Source: Selaginella moellendorffii (lineage: Eukaryota > Plantae > Lycopodiophyta). From it: a stretch of DNA of 64,000 nucleotides. The notes beneath the pieces were generated by a model. The model was not told the DNA's origin. It ran no database searches and saw only the letters and a list, made by a program, of their open reading frames with translations. Where the stretch lies: the NCBI RefSeq assembly GCF_000143415.4, contig NW_003314440.1, positions 26,226 to 90,225 of the forward strand, in the 5' to 3' direction. Positions 1 to 12,800 of this stretch are shown here, piece after piece. The stretch's first letter is position 1; every line of letters starts with the position of its first letter. Position numbers and translations under genes: made by a program.

Positions 1-179
1 GGGAAAGGGGGCCGGACAGACGGCAGTGCAGCGAATCAAGATTTGGGCGGCGACCAGTTGCTAAAAGGCGTGATGAGAAGCGGAAGAAAAAACGAAAGAC
101 TACGGATGCTAGCAGCGCAGAAGGTGCGGACCCTTCGGTAAGGACTGAGGCAGAACCAAACAAGGTCGAACAGACTGAA

Positions 180-1324
180 GTGGAATCAATCCCTCAGGCA
201 GTTCCTAAGTACAAACCAAAGCCCCCACCAGTCTTCAAGGGAGTGAATGACTATAAGGTGGTGGAGGATTGGTTTTACGATATGGAGGACTACTTCCGAG
301 CGTTGCGGTTACCGAGCTCGGAGAAGGTCCCATGTGCAAAACCATACTTGGCAGATAATGCCAAGTCTTGGTGGAGAACAACGGAGGCCAACGAAGGACC
401 GGTGGCCACTTGGGACATGATGAAGGCGAGGATCCGCGCAACATATGTTCCTCCGAATGCCACTCTGCATCTAAGAGATGAGTTGAGTAGGCTGAAGCAG
501 ACTGGAACCATCCAGGAGTATGTGAATGGGTTCATGGCAAAGAGGATACTTGTCACGGACATGGGGGATATGGATGCGTTCCATGCCTTCATATCAGGTT
601 TGCAAACCTGGGCTCGCGGTGAAGTGATGCGCTGGAACCCGACCAACTACAAGGAAGCGTTGGATGCGGCTATCAAGGTGCATTTCAACGATAACCTGCG
701 AAAAGGGAACGCGACGGGGTCGGGGTCCACGTTTCACAAAGGGGCCAAACCGAGGGGAACATATAGCAAGGGGAAATTCAAGAAGAGTTTCTCTAAGAAT
801 GAGTCCTCGGGGTTCCGGAAAGGCAAATCCGGTGGCCAGCGAGCAAGTACGTGGGGGAGTCAAGCAAAAAGAGACAAACCCACGGATAAGAAGGTCAAGT
901 CGTTTAGCAGCGTGGGAAACAACGTATGCTACAACTGTGGTGAAGCGGGACACTTTTCGAGGGAATGTCCCTACCCGAAGAAGGCCAGAGCCAATATGGC
1001 CATTAAATCGGGTGAAGTCCAAAATGAGGTATGTGATCCAGTCCCTAGCTCAAAGCTATTTATTACACGAGCAACTTTGGTAGAGAGTCGTTCGTGACAT
1101 CTACTAGCCCTCCGGAGGAAGCTCGGAGGTAGCTTTGTTAAGATCCTTATTGACACGGGTGCTTCGGATAATTTTGTGGCTGCAGACATAGTCCAGCAAG
1201 CCGGAATAACGGTGCAGCGGCTAGGCGAACCAAGGACTATAGAGTTTGTTCAAGGCAGCCAAAGCACCGATGAGGTACTTCGACAAGCAAGAGTCGAAGT
1301 AGGGACTTGGAAAGTAGACATGGA
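180..1324 (+). pseudogene. Gypsy gag (capsid + zinc knuckle) and aspartic protease
   Basis: ORF 180..1097 continues in frame past a TGA (1095-1097) into LIDTGASDNF. Confidence 0.9.
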
Positions 1325-3963
1325 AGGTCGATTCTCGAGAAGTATTTTGCCTTTCCCAACCTATCGAACAGGTCCTCAATGCTTGGCAAAGGGTACTTGT
1401 TCTTCTTTGTATACTTGTTGAGCAACCAGTAGTCTATGCACATGCGCATAGACCCATCTTTCTTTTTCACAAATAGCACCGGCGCCCCATACGGCGATTT
1501 GCTCAACCTAACATACCCTGTCGAGAAGACAACCTGTCGAACGAGGTATGGGAGCTTTGAGTTTCTGGTCTATGCAATGCGCCAGCAACGTTTTCGGCGT
1601 TGATGAACCATGTCTTTGTACCCTATCTGGATCACTTTGTGGTCGTCTATATTGATGACATCTTGATCTCTAGCGAAACGCTAGAGGAGCATGCCAAACA
1701 CCTGACGAAGGTGTTTGAGAAACTAAGGGAACACCAGCTGTATGCTAAAGAGAGCAAATGTGACTTTGCTCAACAAGAGGTAAAGTTTCTCGGGCATGTG
1801 GTGGGCATGGACGGGCTCAAGGTGGACCCTGAGAAGGTCCAAGCGATCCAGGATTGGGAGCGACCATCGAATGTACACGAGTTAAGGGCATTCTTGGGGC
1901 TATGCAACTACTATCGAAAGTTTATTAGACACTATTCGAGAGTAGCCCTGCCCTTAACGGACCAAACGGGAAAAGGGAAGATGGTATGGACAGCGGAATG
2001 CGAGGCGGCATTCATCCACCTCAAAGGGAAGTTGAGGAAGGCTCCTGTGTTGGCATTACTAGACTTTGGTAAGGACTTTGAGGTAGAAACAGATGCTTCA
2101 GACTTTGCGCTGGGCGCAGTTTTGAAGCAAGACAACCATCCGGTAGCATTCTTCTCGAAGAAGTTGGACAAGGCTCAATGGAAGTGGCCTGCCCATGAGA
2201 AGGAATTGTTTGCGGTGGTCAAGATGCTCAAGGAGTGGCAACACTACCTTGGGAGACACTTCAAAGTTTACACGGACAATGTGGCAACAAAACACTTCTT
2301 GTCACAACCCGACCTAAGGGGAAAACAAGGTCGGTGGGCCAATGCTTTGGTGGAGTTTGATTGCGAGATTCTGTACAAGCCTGGGAAGAGCAACATCGTG
2401 GCGGATGCGCTAAGTCGAAAAGCAAGCTTGAAGTTGGCGATATCTAGCGCGACAGCAACCTTTTGGGATGATGTGCGGATTGCATACGAGAACGATGGTC
2501 TAGCACAAAAAGTGTTGCTGAGGAATCTAGAGGCGCGGGAAGCTCACCAGAGAGGTGAGCTGCCAACGGAAGAGAAAACGGGCTATGCGGAACGCAACGG
2601 ACTCATATATTACAAGAAAACGAGGGTGTATGTTCCAGAAGGGGAACTAAGGAAGGTAGCCTTGGAAGAGTGTCATGACGGACCTCTCGCGGGACACGGC
2701 GGAGTGCCCAAGACGATGGGCTTACTCAAAAGGAAGTATCACTGGCCAGATATGGCTAAGGATGTCTAACATGTCAGCAGGTCAAAGCCGTGACTAAGGC
2801 TAGTGGGGGCTTGTTGCAAAGCATACCCATTCCAGATCGTCCGTGGAAATTTCTCATGATGGACTTCATTACGGGACTACCCCCAAGCGAGGGGTTCGAT
2901 GCGATATTCGTGGTGGTGGATCGATTTTCGAAGATGGCACATTTCATACCCACCACAATGGAAGTGGATACGGAAGGTGTAGCGAAGCTGTTCTTCGAAC
3001 AAGTGGTTCAAGTGCGAGGAAGGCCAGAAGAGATTAACTCATATTGAGATAAGATCTTCACCAGTAGGTTCTGGAGAACTCTCCTAGAACAATATCCACC
3101 AAGTTGAAATTCAGCACAGCCTATCACCCACATACAGATATTGGGTATTAAGTCAAGTTTGATAGCACTAACACTTCTTGACAAACGAACAAACGGAAAG
3201 GGTGAATAGGCAGCTGGAGGATTATTTGCGATGCTATGTCTTGGGAGACCAGAGCGATTGGGTAACTCATTTGGGACTTGCAGAAATGTGTTATAACAAC
3301 TCACCACATTCGAGTATTGGGGTGACTCCATGGGAAGTCATCAATGGGCGAGCTATTGAAGGTCTTGTGGAACTCGGCGTGGCCAAGTATCATGGAGAAT
3401 TACCCACAGTGGAGGCATTCACGGTGGAAAGACTCAACATTTGGAATCTAGTGAGGGATTCCTTGGAATGGGCTCAACAAAGGCAAACTAAGTACGCAAA
3501 CTAGAAGCGCCGGGATGTAGAGTTCCAAGCTGGGGAGGTGTGGCTGAACATCAAGAACCTCAGGCTACCAAGTGGGATTAGCCGGAAGTTGACCCAAAGG
3601 TAAAAATGCATGTATTTCTGTAAATGAATTGATCTTGAGTTCCTTAAGTAAGTTCACGGGGCCTTACGAAATTGAGGCAGGAATCGGTAAAGTGGCTTAC
3701 CGTCTCCGACTTCCTCGAGAGATGAGGGAAGATGCACCCAATGTTCCATGTGAACTTACTCAAGCCATACTTTGAGGATCCGCTTTGCAAGACCTTTACC
3801 TGAGGTTATCCAAGGGGAAGAGGAATATGAAGTCGATGCCATCCTCAATGCGCACAAGAGCAAGCGACAAGGACGTGAGGTGAGAGAGTTCCATGTGAAG
3901 TGGAAAGGATTTTCACACTGCGAAGCAACATGGGAACCAGAGGAGAACCTAGCGAACGCGTGA
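1325..3963 (+). pseudogene. Gypsy pol (RT-RNase H-integrase-chromodomain), disrupted; RT N-terminal segment 1325-1519 inverted
   Basis: ORFs 1600..2769, 2790..3047, 3178..3504 and 3772..3963. Minus ORF 1237..1506 encodes [23 protein letters not shown]. Confidence 0.92.
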
Positions 3964-4423
3964 GATTTAGTGGAGGAATTTCTGCAGGGCAGAACTCTAT
4001 GTACTTATATAAAGTTTAATTAAAGTATTAATTTGTGAAGTTGAGCAATGGCAAATGTTGGGACCCGAAGGCACGCCAAAGGTAAGCTAATTAGCATGGG
4101 TTAGCTATGTCGACCAAGCGCAGAGAACTACGCCCGACTCCCCACGGGGATGTCGAATCCGTAGACGTATTCTACGGAGGTTGGGTTCGAGTCCCAACCC
4201 CCTAGTAAAGGAAGGCTGAGTTCAAGTCCCAACCCCATACTAGGGCGTGGTGGGGTGAGGGGTATAGGGACACCTATATTCCGTTGTTATGGGCTCTTGG
4301 CCGGGGAGGCTAACTTAAGCACACCGCTAAGTGGGGGATGCCCCCGGAGACATGGTCAACAAGTCGTATGATAAAAAGAGACGTTCGATGTGGGCATCGA
4401 ACTTCTTCTATGGGTGGTGGAGT

Positions 4424-5551
4424 TGTAAGGAACCAACTCCCCAAGGTGTCGTAGGCTAAAGGATCCCCGAAAGCATGACTGAAATGACAAAGAGTTCATC
4501 GGATGGGACCGAGTCTGAGATCGAGTCCAAGACCGACTTTGAGACCGAGTTCAAGATAGAGTCCGGGAGTGAGTCTGAGGCCGACTCGGAGATCGAGTGC
4601 GAGACCGAGTTTGAGACAGAGTCCAAGATCTGAGATCAGGTCCGAGACCAAGTCCGAGGTCAAGTCCAAAGTCAAGTCCGAGATCGGGTCCGAGATCGAG
4701 TCCGGGATCGAGTCCGAGACCGAGTCCGAAGTCAGGTCTGAGACTGAGTCCGAGTACTAATACAGATCAAGGGGTGAAAGCCAAAAGCGTGCGTCTCCCA
4801 GAGGGGGGGGGGAGGGCTGCAGGGGGTTCCAAAAGTATAGTAGGGATAGTGAGGTCCAGGAACCAGTCTTGAAGGAACTCTCCAATGGTGCTTTCAAACT
4901 GACTTGAGGTTGAGACTGGGGCCAAGGGGCCTTGGGTGGGAGTGAGCATGGACTCGGGTGGTGTTGGAGGGGCCACCCAAGGAAGTGCTTAAGAGCAGCT
5001 CCCACTCCCGAAAGGGAAACCGACTGTGGTGCTCTCAGGTCATGTGGAGTGGTGCCCCATTTCAGTACCTTGTGGCTCATTGGTCCTCACCCTTCCTAGG
5101 GGCTTGGGCCTTCCCTTCAGGATAGAAGTGGGGGGGTAGAGGTACCCATACTGGGCCGTTAGGCCATGGTGTTCCACCCTAGTGTCCTGAAGCAAGTGTT
5201 GCACCCAAGGCTTGGGATTTTAGAGGGTCCCATAATCAAGTCTTGTTGTACCAAAGGATGTTAGGAACCTGGAGGCTTGGTGTGCTTAGCTGCTTGTGCC
5301 TGCAAGGAGTGTAGCCGAACCTTAAGTCTAGTCTAACCTAGGGAGGGGGATTGGGAGAGATTTAGGAATCCGTGGATGATGGCTAATGCTTCGTTGCTTG
5401 TGCAGTGAGTAGCTGAAACCAAGTAGGACCAAGTAGGAGCTGGTACAATAGGTGGGAACCTTGGCGAAGGAACTTAGCAAAAGCCAAGGCAGTGTTGGTC
5501 GGATAGACGAGGTAAGCTGGCAAATTGGAAAGGAAAAATTTGTGGCTTACA
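4424..5551 (+). repeat. 3' LTR of Gypsy copy 1 (~1.13 kb)
   Basis: Starts TGTAAG after the purine-rich GGGTGGTGGAG and ends CTTACA (6-bp inverted termini). Matches 43564-44904. Confidence 0.88.
4505..4757 (+). repeat. Degenerate ~12-bp tandem repeat (GAGTCCGAGATC-like) inside LTR
   Basis: Directly visible. A homologous array lies at ~43630-43910 and a related array on the opposite strand at ~39670-40055. Confidence 0.85.
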
Positions 5552-6630
5552 TGTACTTTTTTATTGTTGAAGGAGATCTTGACTACAGTTCCTATTCTCA
5601 GGATCTCAGATCTTGATAAACTCTTCGAAGTGCATTGTGATGCATCTGGCTATGCTATTAGTGCTGTGTTATAGCAAGATTATGACAAAGTGGTTGGTGT
5701 CACGCTAAGGTGACATGGTTGTCCCATTGCATTCTATTCCAAGAATTTGGATTAAATCTAATAAAGATGGCCAATGCACGAGAAAGAGATCTTTGTTATA
5801 GTGTCAGCACTGGAACATTGGAGACACTATTTGGGTGGACATACCAAGGTTTATACAGATAGTAACACACTGAGCTACTTTACTACATAGACAAAGCCTG
5901 AATGTCCTCCAACCAGTCTGAATTGATTGCCAATAATGCCCAAAACTAAGCCTGACGACTCAACACATCCAAAACAATATTGTCTTTACTAGGTTTATAG
6001 ATGATTTCAATATCAAATCTAACGAGCTTCTCTTGCCAATGAGCTTGCTTTGGTGTAAGCTTAGGATGGAAGTGATCCATTGGCGAAGGCAATCTTGCGC
6101 CGTGCGGAGTTGTTAGAGCAGAACCCTGGTAGTGAAGTAGCGAAAGTTGCTAGTCATACCAATGCAAAGCTTCACTTCTCAGTTTGAGACAAGTTTATTT
6201 TCTATAAGCAAGAAAGATTGTATCTTCCCTCTAAGGATCTACAGAAGTTTTTGTGGGAATATCATGATGTTCCAGCAGCGGGACATGGTGGAAAACACAA
6301 GACTCTTGCTTCATTGAAAAAGGGATTTTTCTGGTTTGGTATGGAGGTGATGTTGCGAACTATATCTGTTTCGATACACGTTCAGCGATCTCGCCGGATT
6401 GCGTGCGTGAACCCTAATGTTGGACGTTTTTTGGGGAGGAAGTGGAGGAAGGCGCCCAGTACCATGGCTGCCGTGATCGGAGGCGCAGCCAAAGGTAGAA
6501 GAGCGCTCAGGGGAGAGCGTGCAATCTCCCCACACTTGCTACCGTCGGTGGGGGCATCCGCCGTGAGATTCAGGGAAGTATTGTTCCCCTTTTTTTGCTT
6601 CTGCTGTGTACTCACTCCCCTGTCAGCAGC

Positions 6631-9600
6631 ATGGAGAATAGCCGCAGGGGAACCACAGCATCCACGCCCATCAAACTGAGCTCTCAAGGTCGTGGAGGGC
6701 GAGGTAGGGGCCTCAGCATTCAACTCCCACGAGGAGGCCTGTTACAAGGTCGGGGTTCTGGCACACGTATAGCAGCAAGCCAGGACAGGAAAGGGCCCTC
6801 TGTATCAACGGCCAGAACATTGCTGTGCAAGGCAGCAAGCGAGCCACGCAAGGAAGCAACCCAGCAAGATGAGAACCACGGGATAGAAGTGGTGGATGTG
6901 TCAGGGCTGGGGGATGGCCAGGTCCTGGAACAAGCTGGAAGTAAAAGCCAAGCCAGAGACGAGGTGCCCATTGAGAGTGGTGGAGAGGACGAAGCTACCT
7001 CCCCTCACCCACTTGCTTGGTCATTGGCTGGAGTTCAGGAGCTTCGTGAGGGTCTCGGGCCAGTTACAAGTCAGGAAGGCTTGCGGGGAATTATCCCAAG
7101 CACTTTCGCCGTCGAGGGGATTCACAGGGATGGATGTCTCACAGAAGTACAAGAGCGGCACACCAGGGTCAGGGCAGGCGTCACCACCAGAGCAGCAGCA
7201 CGTGCAGCAGCAGCAAAGCCAGGACGTGGGACAGGAGAACTCAAGTCTGCCCCACCCAGAACGTCCAAAAACAGAGGGGAACAGGACGATGCACTTCTGT
7301 CCTGCAGGCTCAACATGGAAGCCTCACTAGAAGGTGAGTTCACAATCCCCCATTCAGAGGCACAACCAAGCCAAGAGATCTCCAGAGAGCCAGATCGTTC
7401 AGCCGTGGTCCTAGGACTGAACAAGGAGCTGCCTCTTCGGACACTGAATTTTGCCCACAGATGCTTGTCGGACCTGACAAACAAGCCTAGAGCTTCACTC
7501 CCAGCTTCACCAGCTCGTTCCTCAAGTGTGAGGCCCTGATCCAGCCCACAGGCCCCAGTGACGAGGTGCTGCACGGACTTGAGACAGGGTGGAGATAGCA
7601 CAAATTGTCTACACCTGGTCTTGCCGAAGCCTGCAAGCGGTGGTATAGTCTTTTGGAACAGTGAGCAGTTCACGGAACAGGTGTGTCGAGAGTCGGCACA
7701 GCGAATCCAGCAAGAAGTCTCGTAGCTAACTCACCAACTAGAGGATGGGGTAGACGTGGGGAACATCTCTCTGTGGGACGCCCGTCGTGCAGCTCTCGCA
7801 ATTCTAGCAGAGAACCTCAGGACTCGGAAGGACTGGGAAGCTGGCACACTCCCTGCTTATGGGAATGCGTCAAGTTCATGCCCAGCTGGTGGGAACCCCT
7901 CGTCCCACCTAGAAACTCTTGCAGACGTGGCCGGGCTCATCCCTGATCCAGTACATGCAAGAGTACAGGAGGAAACACACCAGGTGGACCCTGCGCACTT
8001 GCAACAAGTGAGGAAATCAGATCCGGACTCTCCCACAACACCACATGAGGAGCAGAAGGAGTCGCTTCCCTCCCCATTCCCACGACTCGACAAGGCAGGG
8101 ATGCTAGTCTGGGACCCTTGCCACTTTGAGGAAAGGATCCAAAGTTCTCCACTTCCAGTACGCAAAGAACTCCAGTCAACATTGATGTGCACAATCAGAG
8201 AGCTGGACCTGAACCCTTTGGGAGAGGACCTCGTGTTGGGACCTGCACTGCGTCAAGCTCAAGAATTAATCACAAAGGCAGTGGCCACACAGCAAGCGGA
8301 TCTCTTTGATGCATGGGCGCAAGAGCAAGGTGGCAAGGTGGATACCATGCCAACACCAACAGTTGAAGAGGGACTCGAAGAGCCAGAAACGGAGCCAGAG
8401 ACGGAGCGCTCACTGGAGGAACAATCAGATGGCACACTTCAGTTCCAGGACCGTGATGCCTTCAACAAGAGGAAGACCAAACGTGAGAAGAAGAAAGTGA
8501 AGCGAGCAACGCAGCGGAAGCTTAAAACTCTGAGACTTGCCAAGGAGGACCCGGCCTGGACAAACACAGTTGAAGCCTTTCTTGAGGAGGAGCACGCTCC
8601 GCCAGACAAGAGGACAGAGTCTCGGGTGCACCAGAACCAGGAGGTTGACACCCCGGAGCGAGTGGCAAAAGCCCAGTCGAGAGTGAGGAAGACTTGGGGC
8701 TGCAGAAAGGTGGTGGAAGCGCTGCACTCCTCGGACGGGAACAGTGATGTTAACAAGGAGCACACCTCACATAACGTGAACGGGGGAACACCTGGTCAGG
8801 CCGAAGTGCACAAGGTGGCAGCAGCAGGGGAAGGTCAAAGTGACTTGATCCACGACGACACAAGAGGAAAGGCGGTCCCTGTCAAGCTGGCCAAGACTCT
8901 GCAAAGAGCAGTAGCAGAGAAGGAAGAGGAACTCCGCAAGAAGGCACTGATCGCTGTTTTCAGGGGGAAGTTCCCAATAGGTCGCATGGCTAACGATTGG
9001 ATCAATGCAATGCTAGGCCAGGGAATCCTCATGAAGATGATGCTGCCACATGGAAAGGGCTGCTACACAGTTGTCTTTGAGACAGAGGAGGCACGGTCTC
9101 AGGCGGAGGCCATGCATGGCCTCATTGACGAGAATTGGGTGGTGTCATTCCACCCATGGATCCCAAGGTTCACCACAGAGGACCAGGCTCGTCTCAAGGG
9201 CGGGAGCTTTCCAGTGAACATTGCATTGTGGGACGTTCCCATGGAAATGCGGATCACACTGGTGATACAGGAGCTGGTTTAGGGTTTAGTATATCAGGAT
9301 CCAAACAGAGAACTCAGAACCTAGATGCAACTTTTGTCAGCGTGCTGGACACCGGGAGGAGGCCTGCTCAGTCAAGCGGAACAGGTTGGCATCCCAGAAG
9401 CCGTTTGAGTTACCTGCAGAGCAGGAGCGGATCTTGAAGGCACGCCCTCCGGACCAAGCTCCCCACATTCGCTTCCCGGTCGCCCCACCACTCTTGGGCT
9501 CATCCTCACAGCCCAAACTGTTCGAGGGACCTATTATGGATGTCGAAGGAGATGGCTTCCAGCCGGTCCTCCCTCGAACAGTAGGAATGGCGGTCAGGTG

Positions 9601-9874
9601 GATTCCCCCTAAGCGGGAATTAAGTCCCACAGAGGCGGGAGACTGGCTGATGTGCCGCGGGAACACAGCCTTCCCAGAGGTCGTCACTATTGGAGACTAC
9701 CACACACGCATGGAGAGTGCTATCACTGAGTGGACGGGCTTTGCGAAGTACACTGTCCGAGGCTTCTCCTGGACGAAGCACAGGGGGAAGATGACTGTGG
9801 TGTGGACCATCTCCACAGAATGGAGGGCGAGACCCCGTAACTCCTCACTTTCTTGGAAGTACGTGGCTCCATGA
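6631..9874 (+). pseudogene. LINE ORF1 (long low-complexity N-terminus, DUF4283/RRM-like region, CX2CX4HX4C knuckle), disrupted
   Basis: One frame from 6631 to 9282 with in-frame stops at 7537 and 7723. Motifs KALIAVF...GKGCYTVVF...FHPWIPRF and RCNFCQRAGHREEAC (~9322-9366, after an apparent deletion/frameshift). Confidence 0.75.
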
Positions 9875-12800
9875 CAACTCTCACGCTCGTCACCTGGAAC
9901 TGCCGGGGACTCAGCTGGACCGGTAGTCGACTCAACAAAAGGGCGCAGCTCAAGTCCCACATCCGGGAGATCAGCTTAGAAGGAGATATCGACATCCTAT
10001 GCTTGCAAGAGCACAAAATGACTGTGGCCCCAGACTACACCTTTGGAATGAGGGGACGGCTCTGGTGGAACCTGGCCACGCAAGCAGTGGCCAGACCAGG
10101 AGGGGGCACAGCAGTGGTAGTCTCAACCAAATGGTCTGCTCAGGTACGAAACCACCTTGTTCTCGTCCCAGGAAAGGCTCAATTGCTTGTCCTTCACCTC
10201 CACTTTGGACGGGTGGGGATAATCAACGTCTATGCACCAACGAAGAAAGGGAGACGTGCAGAATTCTGGCTGAGTGTGTTACAGGCTGCCCAAGGGCAAG
10301 CAGATGAATGGCTGGTCCTGGGAGATTTCAACATGGTCGAGGACGTCTGTGATCGCAGGGGTATGCAAGAAACAATTCAGCCACGTGAACAGAAGCAGTG
10401 GAGTCAGCTCATGGACATACTGGGGCTCATGGACCTTCAGCATGCTGCGGGATTCGCACCTCATGCTCACCCTTTTACAAGGCGACAGACAGTATCCTCC
10501 CAGTCGAGACTGGACCGGATTTACGCCTCATCTCGCATACGGCAGGATGCGGGAAGCCTTAAAACGTGGCTGGGATTTGCCTCCTTCTCAGATCACGACC
10601 CCCTCAGATGCGTGATCCAGCTCCAAAGGGACAAAGGGACAGCGGTCCAGCGATCAATCACTAGAGCCACGCTGCGAGACCCGGTGGTGATTGGGCTTAT
10701 ACACGACGCTCTTGCGCAGAACAAGCTGGGGCTGATCCCTGTGCTCTTGTCTTGCTCACAGAAGCTCCGGGCGCGCCAGAAGGATCTCAAAGGGGCGGTG
10801 ATGAAGGACCTTAGACTGGCCAGGAAGAAGGTCGCAGCAGCACACAGGATGTTGCTGAACACACAAGATGAGTTCAAGTGGCAAACAATACTGGATGAAC
10901 GTGAAGCCGAGCTACGTGACATGGAGTACGCTGCATGGAGCAAGGGCGTCCGGGCCATGGAAGATGGATGGGCCCTAAATGAACGCCTTCTCAACAAGGC
11001 TTTCTTTAGGGGAATCAGGCCAGTGACGGACTCTCCTCCCATTCTAGGACTGAAGCACAGTGACGGGCGAGTCGTCGAGGACCAACAGGGGATGCAACAG
11101 CTCGCCCAGGAGTTTTACCAACTTCTATATACGGCCCAGCAGTGGACTCTAGAGAGGGAAAGGGCGGCGGTGGAAGTGCTTGCGTCCCTTCCCCAGCGAG
11201 TCCCCCATGAGTGGCACGACTCACTGAAGACAGACTTCACATTGGAGGAGCTTCGGGAAGCGCTCGGGAAGCTCAGCAACGACAAGCAGCCAGGTATCGA
11301 TGGCCTCTTGCCCATTTTCTTCGAGGAGCACTGGGAGACCATAGGCCCGCTGCTGCTACAAGCATGGTGGGATGCTCAACGTGATGGGACCTTGCCTCGC
11401 GAGATCCTTGAGGGCCAGATTGCACTTATTCCAAAGAGGGGGGACCTGCAGGAGTTGAAGAATTGGAGGCCAATCACCATGCTCAACACGTCCTACAAGG
11501 TCTATGCCAAAGCAATGACCCTCAAGCTCCAAGCTATCATGCCGCTGATCATCCGGGAGCAGCAGACAGGGTTTGTTCCAGGGCGGCAAATCGCAGAAAA
11601 CATCTGGACGTACCTGCTGGCTCAGAGATGGGCAGAGATCTCTAACCAACAAACTGCAGCATGGCTATTGGACTTCGAGAAGGCCTACGATCGGGTGGAC
11701 TGGAGGTTCCTAGAGGAGTGCATGAACATGATCGGCATCCCGAGAGAGATGGTCGCTAGGATCTCGTTACTGTACCGAGGAGCCGCAAGCAGAGTCACAA
11801 TCAATGGCGAGACGGGACCGAGTTTCCAGCTGGGACGTTCAGTACGCCAAGGGTGTCCACTAGCACCCTATCTTTTTCTGATTGTGGCTGAGGCCTTGGG
11901 CACGTTTCTAGCGGAAGGCGGACGCATTAAAGGACTCACATTGCCGGCTGCGAGACAGCAACTTCCGGGAACCACAAGGGTGTCTCGGGAACTCCTTGAT
12001 GGTGCTTTTGCGGACGACACTGCCTTGTTCCTACTTGCGACTAAGGAGAACATGGATGCAGCTAAGAAGGCGTTGGAGACATTCAACCTCGCGGCTGGTG
12101 CAGCAATTAACTGGAACAAATCAGTGGGCATAAATTGGGGGCGACCAGGCATCGAATCTTGGGGGCAGGACATCGGCTTCCAGTGGCTCAAACCAGGAGA
12201 AGACGCTAGGTACCTGGGGATCCAAGTTGGTACTCTGTTCAGTGCAGCACTTTAGGATGACACCTTGCTCCGACGGGTACGAACGTCAACCCAGAAGTGG
12301 GCTCCCCGGAAACTCGGCTTGCCAGCGAGAGTGGTAGTCGCTAGGAGCATCATTCTGCCCGGCATCTGGTACCACCTCTCCATCTGGCCTGTTCCAGAAC
12401 GCACTCTTAGAAAGGTACGCACGATGGTCCGTCAGTATTTGTGGCGGGGCGCTCTGGTCACAGGGAGGAGCATGGCCAAGGTCGCGTGGCAATCTACAGC
12501 ACGTCCGCGAGTCTTGGGAGGACTTGGAGTAATCGATCCGAGTGACATGGCGAAGGCGCTACGGTACAAAATCCTCCTCATGGGCCTTCAACCAGGTAAT
12601 CAACCTTGGAGACTCATGTTTAGGCAGAACTTGTTGGCAATCCGGCCCAAGCACAACACTGCAAAACCGTGGGAAGAAGATCCACGTTGGCTCTTTGCCG
12701 AGGGGCCGAAGCAAGTAGTCAAGGGCGGCACTCTAGTCCAGGGGTTTCTCCGGTTATGGAGCGCGTTTCCAGTCAGCAGGGAATTGCCAGGGCGAGCGGA

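Larger units (their letters stand above)
1..5551 (+). mobile_element. Ty3/Gypsy chromovirus-type LTR retrotransposon, copy 1 (5' end outside window; decayed)
   Basis: Order is gag with CCHC knuckle (CYNCGEAGHFSREC), protease (ILIDTGAS), RT (YIDD), RNase H (ETDAS...ADALSR), integrase (MDFITGLP, GPY) and chromodomain (EYEVDAIL...VKWKGF...TWEP), then a purine tract and an LTR with TGTAAG...CTTACA ends. Highly similar to 40288-44904. Confidence 0.95.

Noticed and set aside
1029-1085. Possible third intron (GTATGT...TAG/AG) at the gag-protease junction
   Set aside because: The frame is open through it without splicing and no second copy is available in the window for comparison.
9277-9290. GTTTAGGGTTTAG at an apparent deletion junction in LINE ORF1
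   Set aside because: Under two telomeric units, and equally explained by coding sequence (F-R-V).
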